A DNA stretch of 64,000 nt from Octopus vulgaris (GCA_951406725.2 OX597816.1:169260001-169324000); one strand, 5' to 3'; shown: positions 15,740-29,907, counted from the stretch's first letter. Made by a program: numbers and translations. Notes: a model not told the origin generated them from the sequence alone.

Positions 15740-16122
15740 TTCAGTTCATACACGCCAGCTCAATTTGACTCGTTCTCAGTCGAAAGACGCCTGTTGTTAT
15801 TTCTTGTTGTTTGTATTCGTAATTGTGTATCATGTTCTCCGTTTGATTTGTTTGTTTGTGTTTTTTGTCTTTGTTGCCGTACACATTTGCTAGCTTTCTT
15901 ACAAAGGGGTCTAATGCTCTTAGCTTAACCTTTTTTGGGGGCGGGGGGCAACCAGATCGAACCATCTCGAAATGGTCGTGACTTCTGGAACTTGACTGAG
16001 GAACGAAAGCCACGAATGACGCTTTGTATTTTTGCCTGTCCTTCTAACTGTCGTTTCTCTTGTCCGCCTTTGTATCGCCTATCTGTCCGAATGTCTTATG
16101 TCCTCTATTGCGTTTTTGCTCC

Positions 16123-16125
<3 letters not shown>
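15740..16125 (+). mobile_element. PLE-like 3' UTR fragment (family F3)
   Basis: Shares TCTAATGCTCTTAGCTTA and CTTGACTGAnGA...CGAATG with the minus strands of 18025-18420 and 34060-34430; ends in (TA)n. Confidence 0.55.
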
Positions 16126-16167
<42 letters not shown>

Positions 16168-16292
16168 TATATATATATATGTGAGGGTGTGTGTGTATAT
16201 GTATATATATATATATATGTATATATGTATACACACTCACACACACACACACTCACACACACACACACATACACACACATAGACGAGGTAAG

Positions 16293-16352
16293 AGCCACCG
16301 ATGAGAATTAAGATGCTCTGCATCAAAATTCGAAATCACCAGTGATATGGCT
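16293..16352 (+). ncRNA. Type I hammerhead motif, C4 variant
   Basis: agcca CCGATGA gaatt..gatgc tct gcatc..aattc GAAA tca ccag tga TA tggct. Confidence 0.7.
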
Positions 16353-16756
16353 ATGTCTGCGACCGTAGGGACCTTTGTCTCCCTTGTCAACTTATTAAGA
16401 TAGTGCTCTTGTGGCTAATGAATCGGTTTGACTCTTATTTCATACACACAAACGCCCCCACACACATACACACGCACGCACGCACGCACGCACTCAAACA
16501 TATTTGCAAATGAAGAAGCACTGAGAAATGTGCAAATATGGGATTATTAACGTCGTATCTCGAAGTGCATTCAGCTGTAAATGATTGCACATAATACATT
16601 TTACTGCAGTGTATTATAAGCTTACTCTTTATAGTTATTTGGCGTCGAGTTGGATCGTCAATAAAGACACACACACACACGCACGCACACACGCACACAC
16701 ACACACGCACGCACGCACACACACAGGTATATACATATCCGTATATATATAGATAC

Positions 16757-16831
<75 letters not shown>

Positions 16832-16915
16832 GTATGTACGTATGTATGTATATATATACATACATATATATATGTGTATATATACATACATATATATATA
16901 CAAACATACACATAT

Positions 16916-16988
<73 letters not shown>

Positions 16989-17774
16989 CATACATATATA
17001 TATATATATATATCTATATATTTATAGATAGATAAGTTTGGTGGGGGTTTACGTACGCACACATATACCTTATAGCTATGTACACTTCATATATGTTCCA
17101 CATATTGAGAAAATTATACACACACATTTATTATATATTTAAAATATACATATATTTGATATACGTGCGCACAGACACACACACCCACATACGCATATGT
17201 ATGTATTTATACATATACGTTATATGTTTATGAGTTTATATGTTATACATGTATTCATACGTATATATGCGTGAAATGAAATATATGTATATAATACACA
17301 CGCAACATACACATACACACACACGCACGCGCGTGCACACACACACGCACGCACACACACACATGCACATTTTCCAGAAATCAAGCAAGATTGCTATTGT
17401 TAACGAACGATCTATAACTGAATGTTTCTTCAATTATATGGCCAACTTTTAAGATATGGCACACCCATTAACTTCCAAATAAACCATTTCTTCCAGGTGA
17501 TAGCGCTAAAATTACTCACTAAATATTGACGAAACTATACACCTGAATTCACACTTTGTCATCTTTTGTTGAAATTTACAAAAGCCTTAAGCAATTTTTG
17601 AACAAAAGTTGGGAATTTGTGCATCCTTGGAACTACGTTCATTGACAGTTATTAAGAAATTTTCAAACGTTAACTGATTAAAAATTTCTGCGCAATGCGT
17701 TTACCATACATTGAAAAACGAGAATATACTGGCAAGAAAATCAAAAAATAAATTAAAAAAAAAACAAAAAGGAG

Positions 17775-17951
17775 ATAGTGTGGCATGTAGTAAGGAGATC
17801 GCTTCTGTCACATTGATCCAGGTTCAATCCCGCTGCGTGGCAGCTTGGGCAGACCACAGCCTGTAGCACTGACCCGACCAAAGCCTATAACATTGACTGA
17901 ACTAAAGCCTTTGTGAGCGGATTTCGTAGCCAGAAACGAAAGAAGCGTGCC

Positions 17952-17955
<4 letters not shown>
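17775..17955 (+). mobile_element. Degenerate 5' half of bipartite SINE
   Basis: GGTTCAATCCCGCTGCGTGGCAGCTTGGGCA. Confidence 0.65.
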
Positions 17956-18024
<69 letters not shown>

Positions 18025-18028
<4 letters not shown>

Positions 18029-18960
18029 GATATGTAGAAAAATACAGACTGAGACAAGAACGCATAAAAACTTAGAAGACGATGCAACAAACACAGACAG
18101 GACATTCGAAGCCCTCAGTCTTCAGTCAAGAACCGGATCATCGTAGTAATTTCGGCTGATTAATCTTGAGATTACTAGAACCGGCCAGCCCTCCAGGAAA
18201 AACTAAGCAACGAGCATTAGAAAAACTAAGCTAGGAGCGTAGATTTCCTGGAAGAAGGATCGAATGCATACGAACACAAAGACAGCAAACGGACGGTGCC
18301 ACACGAATATAAAAAACAAAAAACAATAATGAAATACAAAAACATGGAATACAAAAGCAATAATGGTAAAAACAGCAAGTGTCTTACGACTAATAACAGT
18401 GCAAACAGGTCTGGCTGGCGTATTTTGGAAAAATTGCCTTAGCGGCGAATTGCCTTAGCGGCGAATTGCCTTAGCGGCGAATTGCCTTAGCGGCGAATTG
18501 CCTTAGCGGCGAATTGCCTTAGCGGCGAATTGCCTTAGCGGCGAATTGCCTTAGCGGCGAATTGTCTTAGCGGCGAACGAGGACAACGATGTTATCACGG
18601 CGCTGGTCAGAGGCCGAAAGGCAGATTTTGGCCAGCAGTCACGTGACAGAGAAGGGAGAAAAGAAGGAAGAGAGAGAGAGAAGAGGGACGAAAGCAACAA
18701 GGGGAGGGGAGAATAGGGAGAAAGAAGGAATTAGAGAGGGTAGAAGGGATGGGTGTCAAAGATTGACCTGCGAGTGCAAAGGAAGACAAAGAAATGGAAG
18801 GGTAGGGGAAGAGTAGACCAAAGAATCAGAGGCAAGAGAAGAGAAAAAGAGGGATGAGTAGAGAGAAAAGAGAGAGAACGGGACAGATCAACGTAGAATG
18901 CGAAGTAATTGTAAGAGAGAGAGAGACAAACAAACAAAGTGTAGAGTCGTACCAAATTTA
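18025..18960 (-). mobile_element. PLE-like 3' UTR (family F3), inverted relative to the adjacent PLE
   Basis: Homologous to 34060-34430; purine-rich on + strand; (TA)n flanks. Confidence 0.55.
18432..18577. repeat. 16-bp minisatellite (GAATTGCCTTAGCGGC), about 9 copies
   Basis: Near-perfect tandem copies. Confidence 0.95.
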
Positions 18961-18963
18961 CAA

Positions 18964-19002
<39 letters not shown>

Positions 19003-19005
<3 letters not shown>

Positions 19006-19899
19006 CTCAGCCAATTCATCTCTTTCCTTTCCAACTTTCACCCCTCTCTTCAATTCACCTCCACCATCTCCAACACCTCTGTCAACTTCCTTGACATCTC
19101 TCTCCGCATCGATCACCCCTCCAGCTCTCTCACCACCACCGCCTTCTTTAAACCTACGGATTCCCACCTCTATCTCAACTTCTCTTCCTCCCACCCCTTC
19201 CACACCAAACGAGCCATCCCCTACTCCCAGTTCCTCCGCCTCCGACGTTTGTGCAGCCGCGACCAGGATTTCGAGACCCAATCTCAATACCTGGCCCGCA
19301 TGTTCAGACTCCGAGGTTACCCACCCATACTCCTCTCTGATGCCCTCACCCGCGCCCGTCGCATCGACCGCACTACCGCCCTGTCTCCTTCCCCCCGCCC
19401 ACCCCCCAACCGCACCCCTTCCCCCTCCTTTGCACCCCTCTACCCTACCCCTTCGTCGCAAGATACTACGTGCCTTCCGTCGCCTCCAGCTTGATCCCAC
19501 CACCCGCCCCATTTTCCCTAACCCACCCCTGTCCTCTTTCAAACGAGCCCGCAATCTGCGAGACCTCCTGGTCCACAGCACCCTCTCTCCTTCCCCCTCA
19601 GCCCCACACGGATCATTCCCTTGCTCTAGATCCCGCTGCAACACTTGCCCCTTCATCACCAACACCACCGCTGTCACCGGCTCCAACCTGCATACTGTAC
19701 GCATTAGGCACTCTTTTACGTGCACCTCGTCTGGCCTTATTTACTGCATTAAATGCAACCTATGCGGGATGCTGTATGTAGGACAGACGGGACGCCGGTT
19801 GTCCGACCGTTTCACTGAACACTTGAGGGACGTTCGCCTACACTCTTTTTCTCCCGTCGCACGCCACTTCCGCTCGGCCGGCCATTCCCTAGATGACAT
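19003..19899 (+). pseudogene. PLE RT thumb/linker + GIY-YIG (C-rich Neptune-like family), cut by the assembly gap
   Basis: FHPSLQFT, VNFLDI, FKPTDSHLYL, AIPYSQFLRLRRLCS; frameshift; CSRSRCNTCP, FTCTSSGLIYCIKC..YVGQTGRRLSDRFTEH. Confidence 0.92.
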
Positions 19900-19999
19900 N
19901 NNNNNNNNNNNNNNNNNNNNNNNNNNNNNNNNNNNNNNNNNNNNNNNNNNNNNNNNNNNNNNNNNNNNNNNNNNNNNNNNNNNNNNNNNNNNNNNNNNN
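19900..19999. other. Assembly gap (100 N)
   Basis: N run. Confidence 1.
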
Positions 20000-20469
20000 A
20001 TCCGCAACACCGACAGAAGAGCCAAACATACGATTCCAGTATTCATCAGGGCCATGCAATATAATACGGGCATTCTTGGAATCGTAGAGGCCTTCCTTCT
20101 TAACAATCTGAGACCAACTAAAAAAGAACAGGAAAGAATTACGAAAACAAACTGGTGAAAAGAACGACACCAGTCTGAGCATATCACCCCGCCAACCCAA
20201 TGCATCTAAGCAACGACTATTCCATCCTTCATTTCTCCACATGTCCAGCAGAAGGGGCGATAACCCCGGAAAATAAGGTAAAACTCCAACTGTCTTTTTC
20301 GTAATTAACTTTGTATTCCATCTCGCATTGTTTCGGCGTTATCTTACAAGTGAATCTAAGACACACAGACTTACAAACATACGCACATGTATGAGTACAT
20401 ATTGATATGCAAATATATAAATTTCTATGCATATATTCGGGAATATCTATACAAATGTATATGCATATA

Positions 20470-20670
20470 TATATGATAGATCGTTAGCCACTACACACAT
20501 TTTTTTCTCTCCTTGTTGCTCTCCTTGTTTTTTTCTGTGTCCCTTTCTGTAGAAGAGCGTGGGCTCGAAAGGTAAAAGACTTTTTCTATTCCTGAGCGTT
20601 ATACTAATACATCTGTTTGTTTTGTACACCACCTGTTTTCGTCTTTTGTTTTTTTCGTAAACTCTCCTAT
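20470..20670 (+). mobile_element. Family F1 PLE-like 3' fragment with HHR-like motif at 20543-20578
   Basis: cttt CTGTAGA a gagc gtgg gctc GAAAGGTA aaag. Confidence 0.6.
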
Positions 20671-20813
20671 ATATATATGTGTATGTGGGGCGTGTGTGTG
20701 TGTCTATGTGTGTGTATGTATATATATATATATATATATCATATATATATATATATCATATATATATATATCATATATATACTATATCATGTATATGTAC
20801 ACACACATGCACA

Positions 20814-20869
<56 letters not shown>

Positions 20870-20872
<3 letters not shown>

Positions 20873-21085
20873 GTGACCGCGTGTGTATCGTTGGTGATTT
20901 TTTTCCCTCCGTCTTCCCTTCCTTGGATCTTTCCTTTTTCTGTTTCTGACGGAGAGCTGCGCTCGAAAGAAACGTTAAATCCTCCATCTTTCTTTCCTTT
21001 CCCGAGTGTCCAATAACACTATACTTGTTCCACGTCCTCGCGTTGTTGTGTTTTCTCTTTGTATTTTCATGTTTGGATTAACTAT
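20870..21085 (+). mobile_element. Family F2 PLE-like 3' fragment
   Basis: Homologous to 36800-36985; degenerate CTGACGGAGAGC..GCTCGAAA..ACGTTA; ends GTTTGGATTAAC(TA)n. Confidence 0.6.
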
Positions 21086-21444
21086 ATGTATATATACATT
21101 TAGAATGAGAGATAGGCATACACATATAGATGTGTGTTTTTTGTGTGTGTGTTTGTGTGTGAGTGTTTGTGTGTGTGCGTGTGTGTGCGTGCGCGTGTGG
21201 ATAGAAGCGATCATAATTACTCTCAGGAATACCTAGCACATTTAATATACATTTCTTCGTCTCTGTTATCCAAATGCACATCAATGACACGAACTTCCGT
21301 TAGCACATTTTTGTTTTAATAATGGCAAATTTCCGCAGAAAGTAGGTGTTCGGTATTCTCTATTTTTCTTAATCTTATGTCTGACAGGAGTCAGGTTAGG
21401 ATAATTGCTGTGCTGATGGCGTATTTGAAGGCAGAAACACATAT

Positions 21445-21449
21445 GTATG

Positions 21450-21483
<34 letters not shown>

Positions 21484-21885
21484 TGTATGTATGTATGTAT
21501 GTATGTATGTATGTATGTATGTGTATGTATGTATGCATGTATGTATGTATGTATGTATGTATGTATGTATGTATGTATGTATGTATGTATGTATGTATGT
21601 ATGTATGTATGTATGTATGTATGTATGTATGTATGTATGTATGTATGTATGTATGTATGTATGTATGTGCATGTATGTATGTATGTATGTATGTATGTAT
21701 GTATGTATGTATGTATGTATGTATGTATGTATGCATGTATGTATGTATGTATGCATGTATGTATGTATGTGTATGTATGTATGCATGTATGTATGTATGT
21801 ATGTATGTATGTATGTATGTATGTATGTATGTATGTATGTATGTATGTATGTATGCATGCATGCATGCATGCATGTATGTATGTA
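21445..21885. repeat. (TATG)n microsatellite
   Basis: Direct inspection. Confidence 0.97.
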
Positions 21886-22121
21886 CTCTTTTATTCTTTT
21901 ACTTGTTTCAGTCAATTGACTACGGCCGTGCTGGGGCACCACTTGAAGGAATAAATCGACGATAGGACTTATTCTTTATAAGAAGTCTACTACTTATTCT
22001 GTCGGTCTCTTTTGCCGAACCGCCAAGTTGCGGGGGCGTAAACACACCAACATCGGTTGTCGAACGGGAGACAAACACAGACACAAACACAAATACATAC
22101 ATACATACATACATACATACA

Positions 22122-22155
<34 letters not shown>

Positions 22156-22295
22156 CACGACGAACCTCTTTGAACTTCCTTCTACCAAATCCACTCACAA
22201 GGCTATATAGTAGAAGACACTTGTTCAATGTGCTACGAAGTGGGATTGAAACCGGAACCATGTGGCTGAGAAGCAAGCTTGTCACCACACAGCTT
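21885..22295 (-). mobile_element. Bipartite tRNA-SINE
   Basis: Matches family consensus. Confidence 0.85.
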
Positions 22296-22476
22296 CATCT
22301 ATATATTAATACACACGCACACACACATATGTATATACATACGTATAAATGTGTGTGCATATATATATATATAGTGATATATATGCACATATACATATGT
22401 ATATGTATACATACAAACATACATAGATGTATGTATGCATGTGTGTGTGCATATATATACAGACATAAATATATAC

Positions 22477-22571
<95 letters not shown>

Positions 22572-23299
22572 GTGTGTGTGTGTGTATTGCATATTATTGC
22601 TATGCACACAGCATACAAATAGTTTGCATAGTATAAAGTTTATAAGCATGTATATCACTATATATATATATATATATATGCACACACATTTATACGTATG
22701 TATATACATATTTGTGCGTGTGTATATGTGTATGTATGTGTGTTTGTGCGTGCATGCGTTTGTATACATACAGATGCGTAAACACATAAATACCTACATA
22801 TCTATGTCTGTTTGTGCGTATATTACTTGAAAACTCTGTTTTCGCATATTTTTATTAAAAACTGCATTAACGCACTTTCGTATGCTAATAAATTTTATAG
22901 GCTTTTTGGGGGATGAAGTATTCATTTTAAAAGTTTTCACATAATTCTATGTAACGGTTGTCCACATAGTAATTGTCTTTGATATATGTTTGCTTAAAGT
23001 TAGTGCACAGAGATGCTATACATTCGTAGGAAATGGGGTTCCAGACGGCGTTAACCAAACAAAATAACTTCACTCTGGATTGAGAATCACTTAACTGTAT
23101 GTAATATGTAGCCTTGTAGTATAGTTTATAGCTACGTAGTTCTTTAAAGTATACACAGAATATAACCATATTGGTATGTTTCGATTTGAAGACGCGTAAG
23201 CATAGCAGTGTCTGGTTCAGAAGCTTGCTTCTTTAGCCTCAGCCAACCAATGCCTTGAGAGTGAAAATGCTTGGAAGTTCGTCATATATATATATATAT

Positions 23300-23710
23300 A
23301 CTCTTACTCTTTTACTTTTTTACTTGTTTCAGTCAGTTGAGTGCGGCCATGCTGGAGTACCGCCTTTTAGTCGAGCAACTCGACCCCGGGACTTATTCTT
23401 TGTAAGCCTAGTACTTATTCTAGCGGTCTCTTTTGCCGAACCGCTAAGGGACGGGGACGTAAACACACCTGAATTGGTTGTCAAGCAATGCTAGGGGGAC
23501 AAACACAGACAAACACACACACATATATACATATATATATATACATATATACGACAGGCTTCTTTCAGTTTCCGTCAACCAAATCCACTCACAAGGCATT
23601 GGTCGGCCCGGGGCTATAGCAGAAGACACTTGCCCAAGATGCCACGCAGTGGTACTGAACCCGGAACCATGTGGTTGGTTAGCAAGCTACTTACCACACA
23701 GCCACTCCTA
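23300..23710 (-). mobile_element. Bipartite tRNA-SINE
   Basis: Matches family consensus. Confidence 0.9.
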
Positions 23711-23724
23711 TATATATATATTCT

Positions 23725-24080
23725 GCAACTTATTTCAGTCATTTAACCGCCTTTAATCGAACAAACCGTCTCCTGGACTTATCTTTGAAGCCTAGTACTT
23801 ATTGTATCGGTCACTTTTGCCGAACCACTAAGTTATGGAGAAGTATACACATCAACACCGGTTGTCAAGTGGGATGGGGTTCAAACACAGACGCGAAGAG
23901 ACACACACACAAACCACATATAAGACAGCCTTTTTTCAGTTTCCGTCTACCAAATCAACTCACAAGGCTTTGGTCGGCCCGAGGCTATAGTAGAAGACAC
24001 CTGTCCAAGGTGCTACGTAGTGGGACTGAACTCGGGACCATGTGGTATGGAAGAAATATTCTTACCACACAGCCACACCT
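23725..24080 (-). mobile_element. Bipartite tRNA-SINE, older copy
   Basis: Matches consensus with more substitutions. Confidence 0.82.
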
Positions 24081-24099
24081 ATATATATATATATAAATA

Positions 24100-24135
<36 letters not shown>

Positions 24136-24209
24136 TGTATGTATGTATGTATGTATGTATGTATGTATGTATGTATGTATGTATGTATGTATGTATACCA
24201 TTTTATAAG

Positions 24210-24289
<80 letters not shown>

Positions 24290-24299
24290 GTGGCTAAAT

Positions 24300-26175
24300 A
24301 TTTTTCAGCAGCAGTTGTGTGTGGATGCTTCATCGGGTGGAATGCGATCAAAACGCCGTCTGATTTTTGTGAATCCTCTAGGTATACGATGTACATTACT
24401 CACCACCAATCAAATTATTACATTCCGGAATATAATAATTTGATTGGTGGAGAGTAATGTAAGATATATATCATTAAATTTGAGGGTAGATATAGGATTC
24501 CGAAGGATAACCCGAATATGTTTGACGTTACTATGGGTTCTACGGATTCGGCGCAGGTTATTGATTTGGTGGGAATTTATATATTGTTTTCTCTAAATAG
24601 ACAATTCCTTGAAACAGCAGGAAGTTAGAATAGGGATGATGCGCTTTTTACAACTGTAAACACATCTAGCAGAATGTTGGAAATATATTGATAGAAAGTT
24701 TTTAAGTTCTTTAAAAATATAGGTCTATCTATAACGGTAGAAAATGGAGCATGTTAACTGCTTAGATCTTACGTAGGAGAATAAAAATGGAATTTATAAA
24801 CTCTTTCATAAGCCTAATGAAAACATAAAATATATAAATATTGGAAATAATCACCCCAAATTAGTAACAAATTCACTAATAAAGAACGTTTCGTCTAGAA
24901 TAAATAAATTATCAGCCAATGAGAATATTTTCAAATGAAGACTACTATAACTTGGCACTTCAGAAAGCGAGTATAATGATAGAATTAAGTTTAATAAGTC
25001 GCATATCGAATCAGATTTAAATAGTAATTTTAATATTGCAGAGCTAAAATCTTGTACTATAAACAAATCTACTTATAACAAATATAGTAATGGAAATTTA
25101 TAATCAAATATTGAAGTTGATAAAATGACAAGAGTAGGTGGTAAACAAATGAACAATTTTTTTATAACAAAAGTAAAAATAGTAAGATTGTTGATAACCG
25201 GGCTAAATATTCTCGTACTGCAAATGAAAATGGGGATGTAGTATTCTTAAATAAAATCTCAAATTCTTTTAATATAAAATCGGCTAAACGATTTAAAGAT
25301 GAAAATAAAAGTAAAATAGGAGCTAACTTTAAAATAGATGCAAATCAGAGAAAACTTACTCCTTCGAATAGCGAGTATAAACTTCAAAATTCTTATCTTA
25401 AGTCGATGAATACTTTATAGTTAATAGTTGCGTTTGGTAATCAGTTAAATTACAATTTTTCAAAATTGTTTAATATAGTTATTCAAAGATATTTTCCAAG
25501 AAATCACAAATATTGCAAAATTTTTAAACGACATAACATTAGATCGGTTTGTTGTCGTAATATTGCTCAAATTATAGCTGCACTTAATGTTAAAGCAAAA
25601 TCGAAATTTCAAAAAAAAAAACAACAAAAAAAAAGCAATTACAACCAGAATAGTGTAATAAATTCGAACCATAATAACGTCAAACGGAATAAAGAAGCTC
25701 GTATAGAAGGGAACACTAGGAAATTAAATGTCGTGGAAAGGAAAACAACCCAATTTAACATAAATAATAACATCAAATCGAATAAAAGTTCAGCTAGAAA
25801 TAGAACAAAGATCATATTATCTAAAGGAGTAAATGGTAATAAGGAACTTGGTGGAAATGAATTTAATTCTATAATGAATGATCAAATTGAAACTAAATCC
25901 CGAGGGAAATATAAAAGGCTATCTTTGCAATTATTCTAAATGGGAATCCTGTTACGTGGAAAATAAATATAAAACTAAAAATTTAACATATAGATGTATA
26001 ATTAAATCTGAGGCTAAGGAATTCTTTTACATCGGTAGGACATCTTTAATTTTCAAGCGGAGACTGGCATATCATTTGAGTTCATTTTAAGACAAAAATA
26101 AAGGTTCCAAATGAGTCTTAGGAAATTAATCTGGTCTTTTAAGGAGAGTAACAAAAACTATACGATTAAATGTTG
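24300..26175 (+). pseudogene. Decayed AT-rich PLE: RT + long linker + GIY-YIG
   Basis: FDVTMGSYDSAQVIDLVGIYIL, (Y)RDDAL, FHKPNENIKYINIGNNHPK, NLTYRCIIK..FYIGRTS..FKRRLAYH; many stops. Confidence 0.8.
24392..24461. repeat. 70-bp near-perfect palindrome
   Basis: 35-nt arms centred on TTCCGGAA, 2 mismatches. Confidence 0.9.
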
Positions 26176-27428
26176 CAAGAAAAGAAAAAATTGCAACGGA
26201 TAGTACAGCAAGATATTTTTAAATCGGTGAATACGTATTTGTGAGGGCATAAAAAATGGAAAAGAAAGTTGGGAAGATAGCGTGATTACCAAACGCATAA
26301 AAAAAATGGTATATAAGAGACACATGAACCAAGAGAGACTGGGAGAACCAGTGGAATGGCTATATGTTGCTTTTCAAGTACCAATGCTACTACAGGTGAT
26401 TGAACCCAGACGCACAAGCGCAAGAAAAAGGAAATGTATGAGGTTCTTGGAAGAGAATGTCAATCGAAAAGAAAAAAATAAATCTGTAACTGTATGAAAA
26501 AACTAAAAAAAGAGAGGTGGGGGTGATGTAAAAACTGTTACTATTAAAAAAATAGAATTACACTCCCTAACAAAAAAAGAAAAACTTAAAAGGGGATATG
26601 TTATGGGGGTAATAGTTATAATAGAACACGAGTGGTATGTGTTAGTCATTATAAGTACTGTCAGCCAGCGTTAGTGTAGTAAAGAGTACGGTCATAGATA
26701 GTCGTGGTCTTACTTGTCTAATTTACTATACTGCTATACTGGAGTGGGCTTTACAACAGTCCGACGAAGGATTACAACAGTGGTGACGTGGAATTAACAA
26801 ACTCACAAGGAGTTATGATACTCACAAAAGTCTTTTGTGCGAATTTTACGGGATATATAATCGTAAAATTATGCTACATAAAGACTATACACGATATAGT
26901 CTCAATCTATCTACACTGATGCATTTCCGATTCAATCTTCCTTTATGTTATCCTGTATTCCTCGAATAATCTACCTCATTCTCTCTCTTCGATGTTGGAA
27001 CTGGTAAGTACTGTTATCTTTTCCTAAAGAATCCTTAATTCTTTCACGATGGAGCTGGTAAGTAGTAATGTCCTTTATTAAGTATATCCTTTAATTTTTC
27101 ATCTCTGAACGCAGAATAGTTGGATTACATGGATATCTTTGCTCAATGATCTATACACCATGTGCGCAGCTATTCAAGAAACAGCTTATTTACTGTGACT
27201 TCTCTGAAACCATGTTTAAATTATAAATTACACGCTCTAAAGTGATACCACATGTTTTGCTAGTTCGTTCTTTCTTCCTAATACACACATGCACACACAC
27301 GCACACCCACGCACGCACACACGCACACAGACGCGCGCTCACGCACACACACATTCACACACATACACACATATATATATGTGTGTATATATATGTATAC
27401 ATATACATATGCATATATATGTATATAT

Positions 27429-27479
<51 letters not shown>

Positions 27480-28263
27480 AAAAAGGATGGAATATAATTA
27501 ATTTAATAAAATTAACAAATTTCACCTAGTAGATTTATCGGTATGGAAAAGACCATATTTGGTAAGGGTTATAATAATTATAATCAAGGGTTAATTGCAA
27601 CAAGTTGCTCAAAACCACATACCGAAAATATTAGAAATAGCAGCCAAAATTGATCACTATTTCCTGTACTAATAAAAAATCTCCACAAACAAACAGAATT
27701 TGTAACCTGTATATGGCAAAAATAATTATATATATATATATGTATTTATATGTTTGTATATGTATACATGCATACATAATTACACACACATACACTCATG
27801 CATACATGTATACATACATACGTACATACCTACATATATAAGAGGTCTAGGCGTGGCTGAGTGGTATGAGCTTGTTGCAGTGTTGTTGGAAGACTCTAGG
27901 CCAACATTGTTCGGGTACCCTTATGATCAATATGTTTTTAGCTGTCATCAATTTGATTAGTTTTCATACAATACATGACTCTCGCTCATTTTTTTTTTCA
28001 TTTCAGTAGGTTGTAGTATGAAGGAGATTTTACCTTTGTTCCTATATATCAAGTTGGTGATCTAGAATAAAAAAAAAAAAACGAAAACTACTTAAAAACT
28101 ACTAAATTATTGAATTGTTTTAGACAAAGGAAAATATCACATCAAAAGTAGGATACATATATATATATATATGTGTGTGCGTGTGTGTGTGTATATGCGT
28201 GCGTGTAGGATGATTGAAAGAGAGCGAGGTAGAGGTAGAGGTAGACAGAGAGGGAGATAGATT

Positions 28264-28294
<31 letters not shown>

Positions 28295-28450
28295 AAAGAG
28301 AAAACACATACATACACAAAATATCTGCTTCGAGCGTCTTTTAATAAAAGTGTGTTTAGCCTGATGCAAATGGAAAATGACAAATAAATATAATTTATGA
28401 GAGCGCCACACACACACACACACACATACACACACACACAAACACACACA

Positions 28451-28501
<51 letters not shown>

Positions 28502-28882
28502 ACGCACACACCGAATTCATATACAGGTTTTGCATATTTTATTATAAAAGACTGGTTTTCTATTATGGTTTCACTTGAAAGTAAGCTAATGAATTTTATA
28601 CATTTTTGTTGAAGTATTCCTATTAAAAGGCTTCATATAATTTTATGCAATGCTAGTCAATATAGTGAGCTTTTGTTTTTTCAAATATGTTTCTGATAAT
28701 TGTGTCTAGATGGCCTAATTTTTACAGGGAATGGTAGGAATATTGGATTGTGACGGCTTGTGTCGAATGTAATGTTTCACTTAGCAATAGGAACTGCTTT
28801 GCAGACACAACTCGTCAAGTACTTAACACTACAATTCCCGGTTTGGTCGTTTTAGATATATTTTTACTAATAAGAGATACAT

Positions 28883-29745
28883 AGGCGCAGGCGTGACTGT
28901 GCGTTAAGAAGCTTGCTTTCCAACCACAAGGTTCTGGGTTCAATCCCACTGCGTGACATCATATGCGTGTACCTTCTACTGTAATCCCGGGCCGACCAAA
29001 GCGTTTGTGAGTGGATTTGTTAGACGAAAACTGAAAGAAGCCCGTCTGTGTATGTGTGACAGTGTGTGTATAACATTGTGTTTGTGTTTGTACTTTACCA
29101 CCGTTTCAATCGATGTTGGTTTATTATGTCCCCATAATATTCGGCGGATCGGTTTGAACGGCAGTTTTTAACATAATTTCTAGGTAACTAAAGAATTTTA
29201 AACTTCGTATACTGGTAGAATGTGTTTATAAAACATATTTTTCTCTTGGCTTTATTGAGAAAATTCTATAGTTTGTAAGATATTTGTTGTTGTTTTTCTT
29301 CAATTTCTGCAATTCAACCAATCAATGACGTCTATTGAGTTAAAAAGCATTCTGTGCCGTATGAATATGTCCCTCGTTTAAGAAACAGATTGGGATTATT
29401 TACATTTGTGAAGAAAAAAAGATACTCTTCCCCCACCCCTAACTCTAACCCTAACCCTAACCCTAACCCTAATCCTAACCCTAACTAACCCTAACCCTAA
29501 ATGAGATTGAAATGCAATAGATCGATTCTAGGGTCATAATTATGGGTGACAATTTTATATGACACCGCTAGAAAAAACTGCCGTTCAAACCGAAAAGATC
29601 CTATTCGGCGATTCGGCAAAAAAATCCGTTACAATAAATACTAACTTTTAAAAAGTCGTACTAGTGTTGATTCGACCGACTTAACCTCTTCATGGTGGTG
29701 CTTCAACATGACCGCAGTCTAATGACTGAAACAAGCAAAAGATAA
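28883..29745 (+). mobile_element. Bipartite tRNA-SINE interrupted by a MITE
   Basis: Head at 28883; tail resumes after 29610 (ATGACTGAAACAAG). Confidence 0.8.
29146..29601. mobile_element. MITE with 8-bp TSD and GG...CC ends (Merlin-like), containing (CCCTAA)n
   Basis: TIR CGGTTTGAACGGCAGTTTTT / AAAAACTGCCGTTCAAACCG; TSD TATTCGGC at 29138-29145 and 29602-29609. Confidence 0.8.
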
Positions 29746-29907
29746 ACAATTTCAGTATAGTTAGGAAATAAAGCAATCTTATTTATATTTTATTCAAGAG
29801 GAAAGGCAGTGACCATGATCCTTTTTGAGACGAGGAGACGGAAGAGAGGAGTGTTATCTTAACTGGAGATCTGACCCAAATGTTTGCAACGGAGTTGAAC
29901 CCGCTAA

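Noticed and set aside
18432-18577. CRISPR-like array
   Set aside because: No spacers, eukaryotic context, no cas genes
18854-20158. 434-aa ORF as a single protein
   Set aside because: Spans a TA repeat, a frameshifted PLE and an N gap
29437-29500. True telomere or fusion site
   Set aside because: Short, imperfect and enclosed in a MITE
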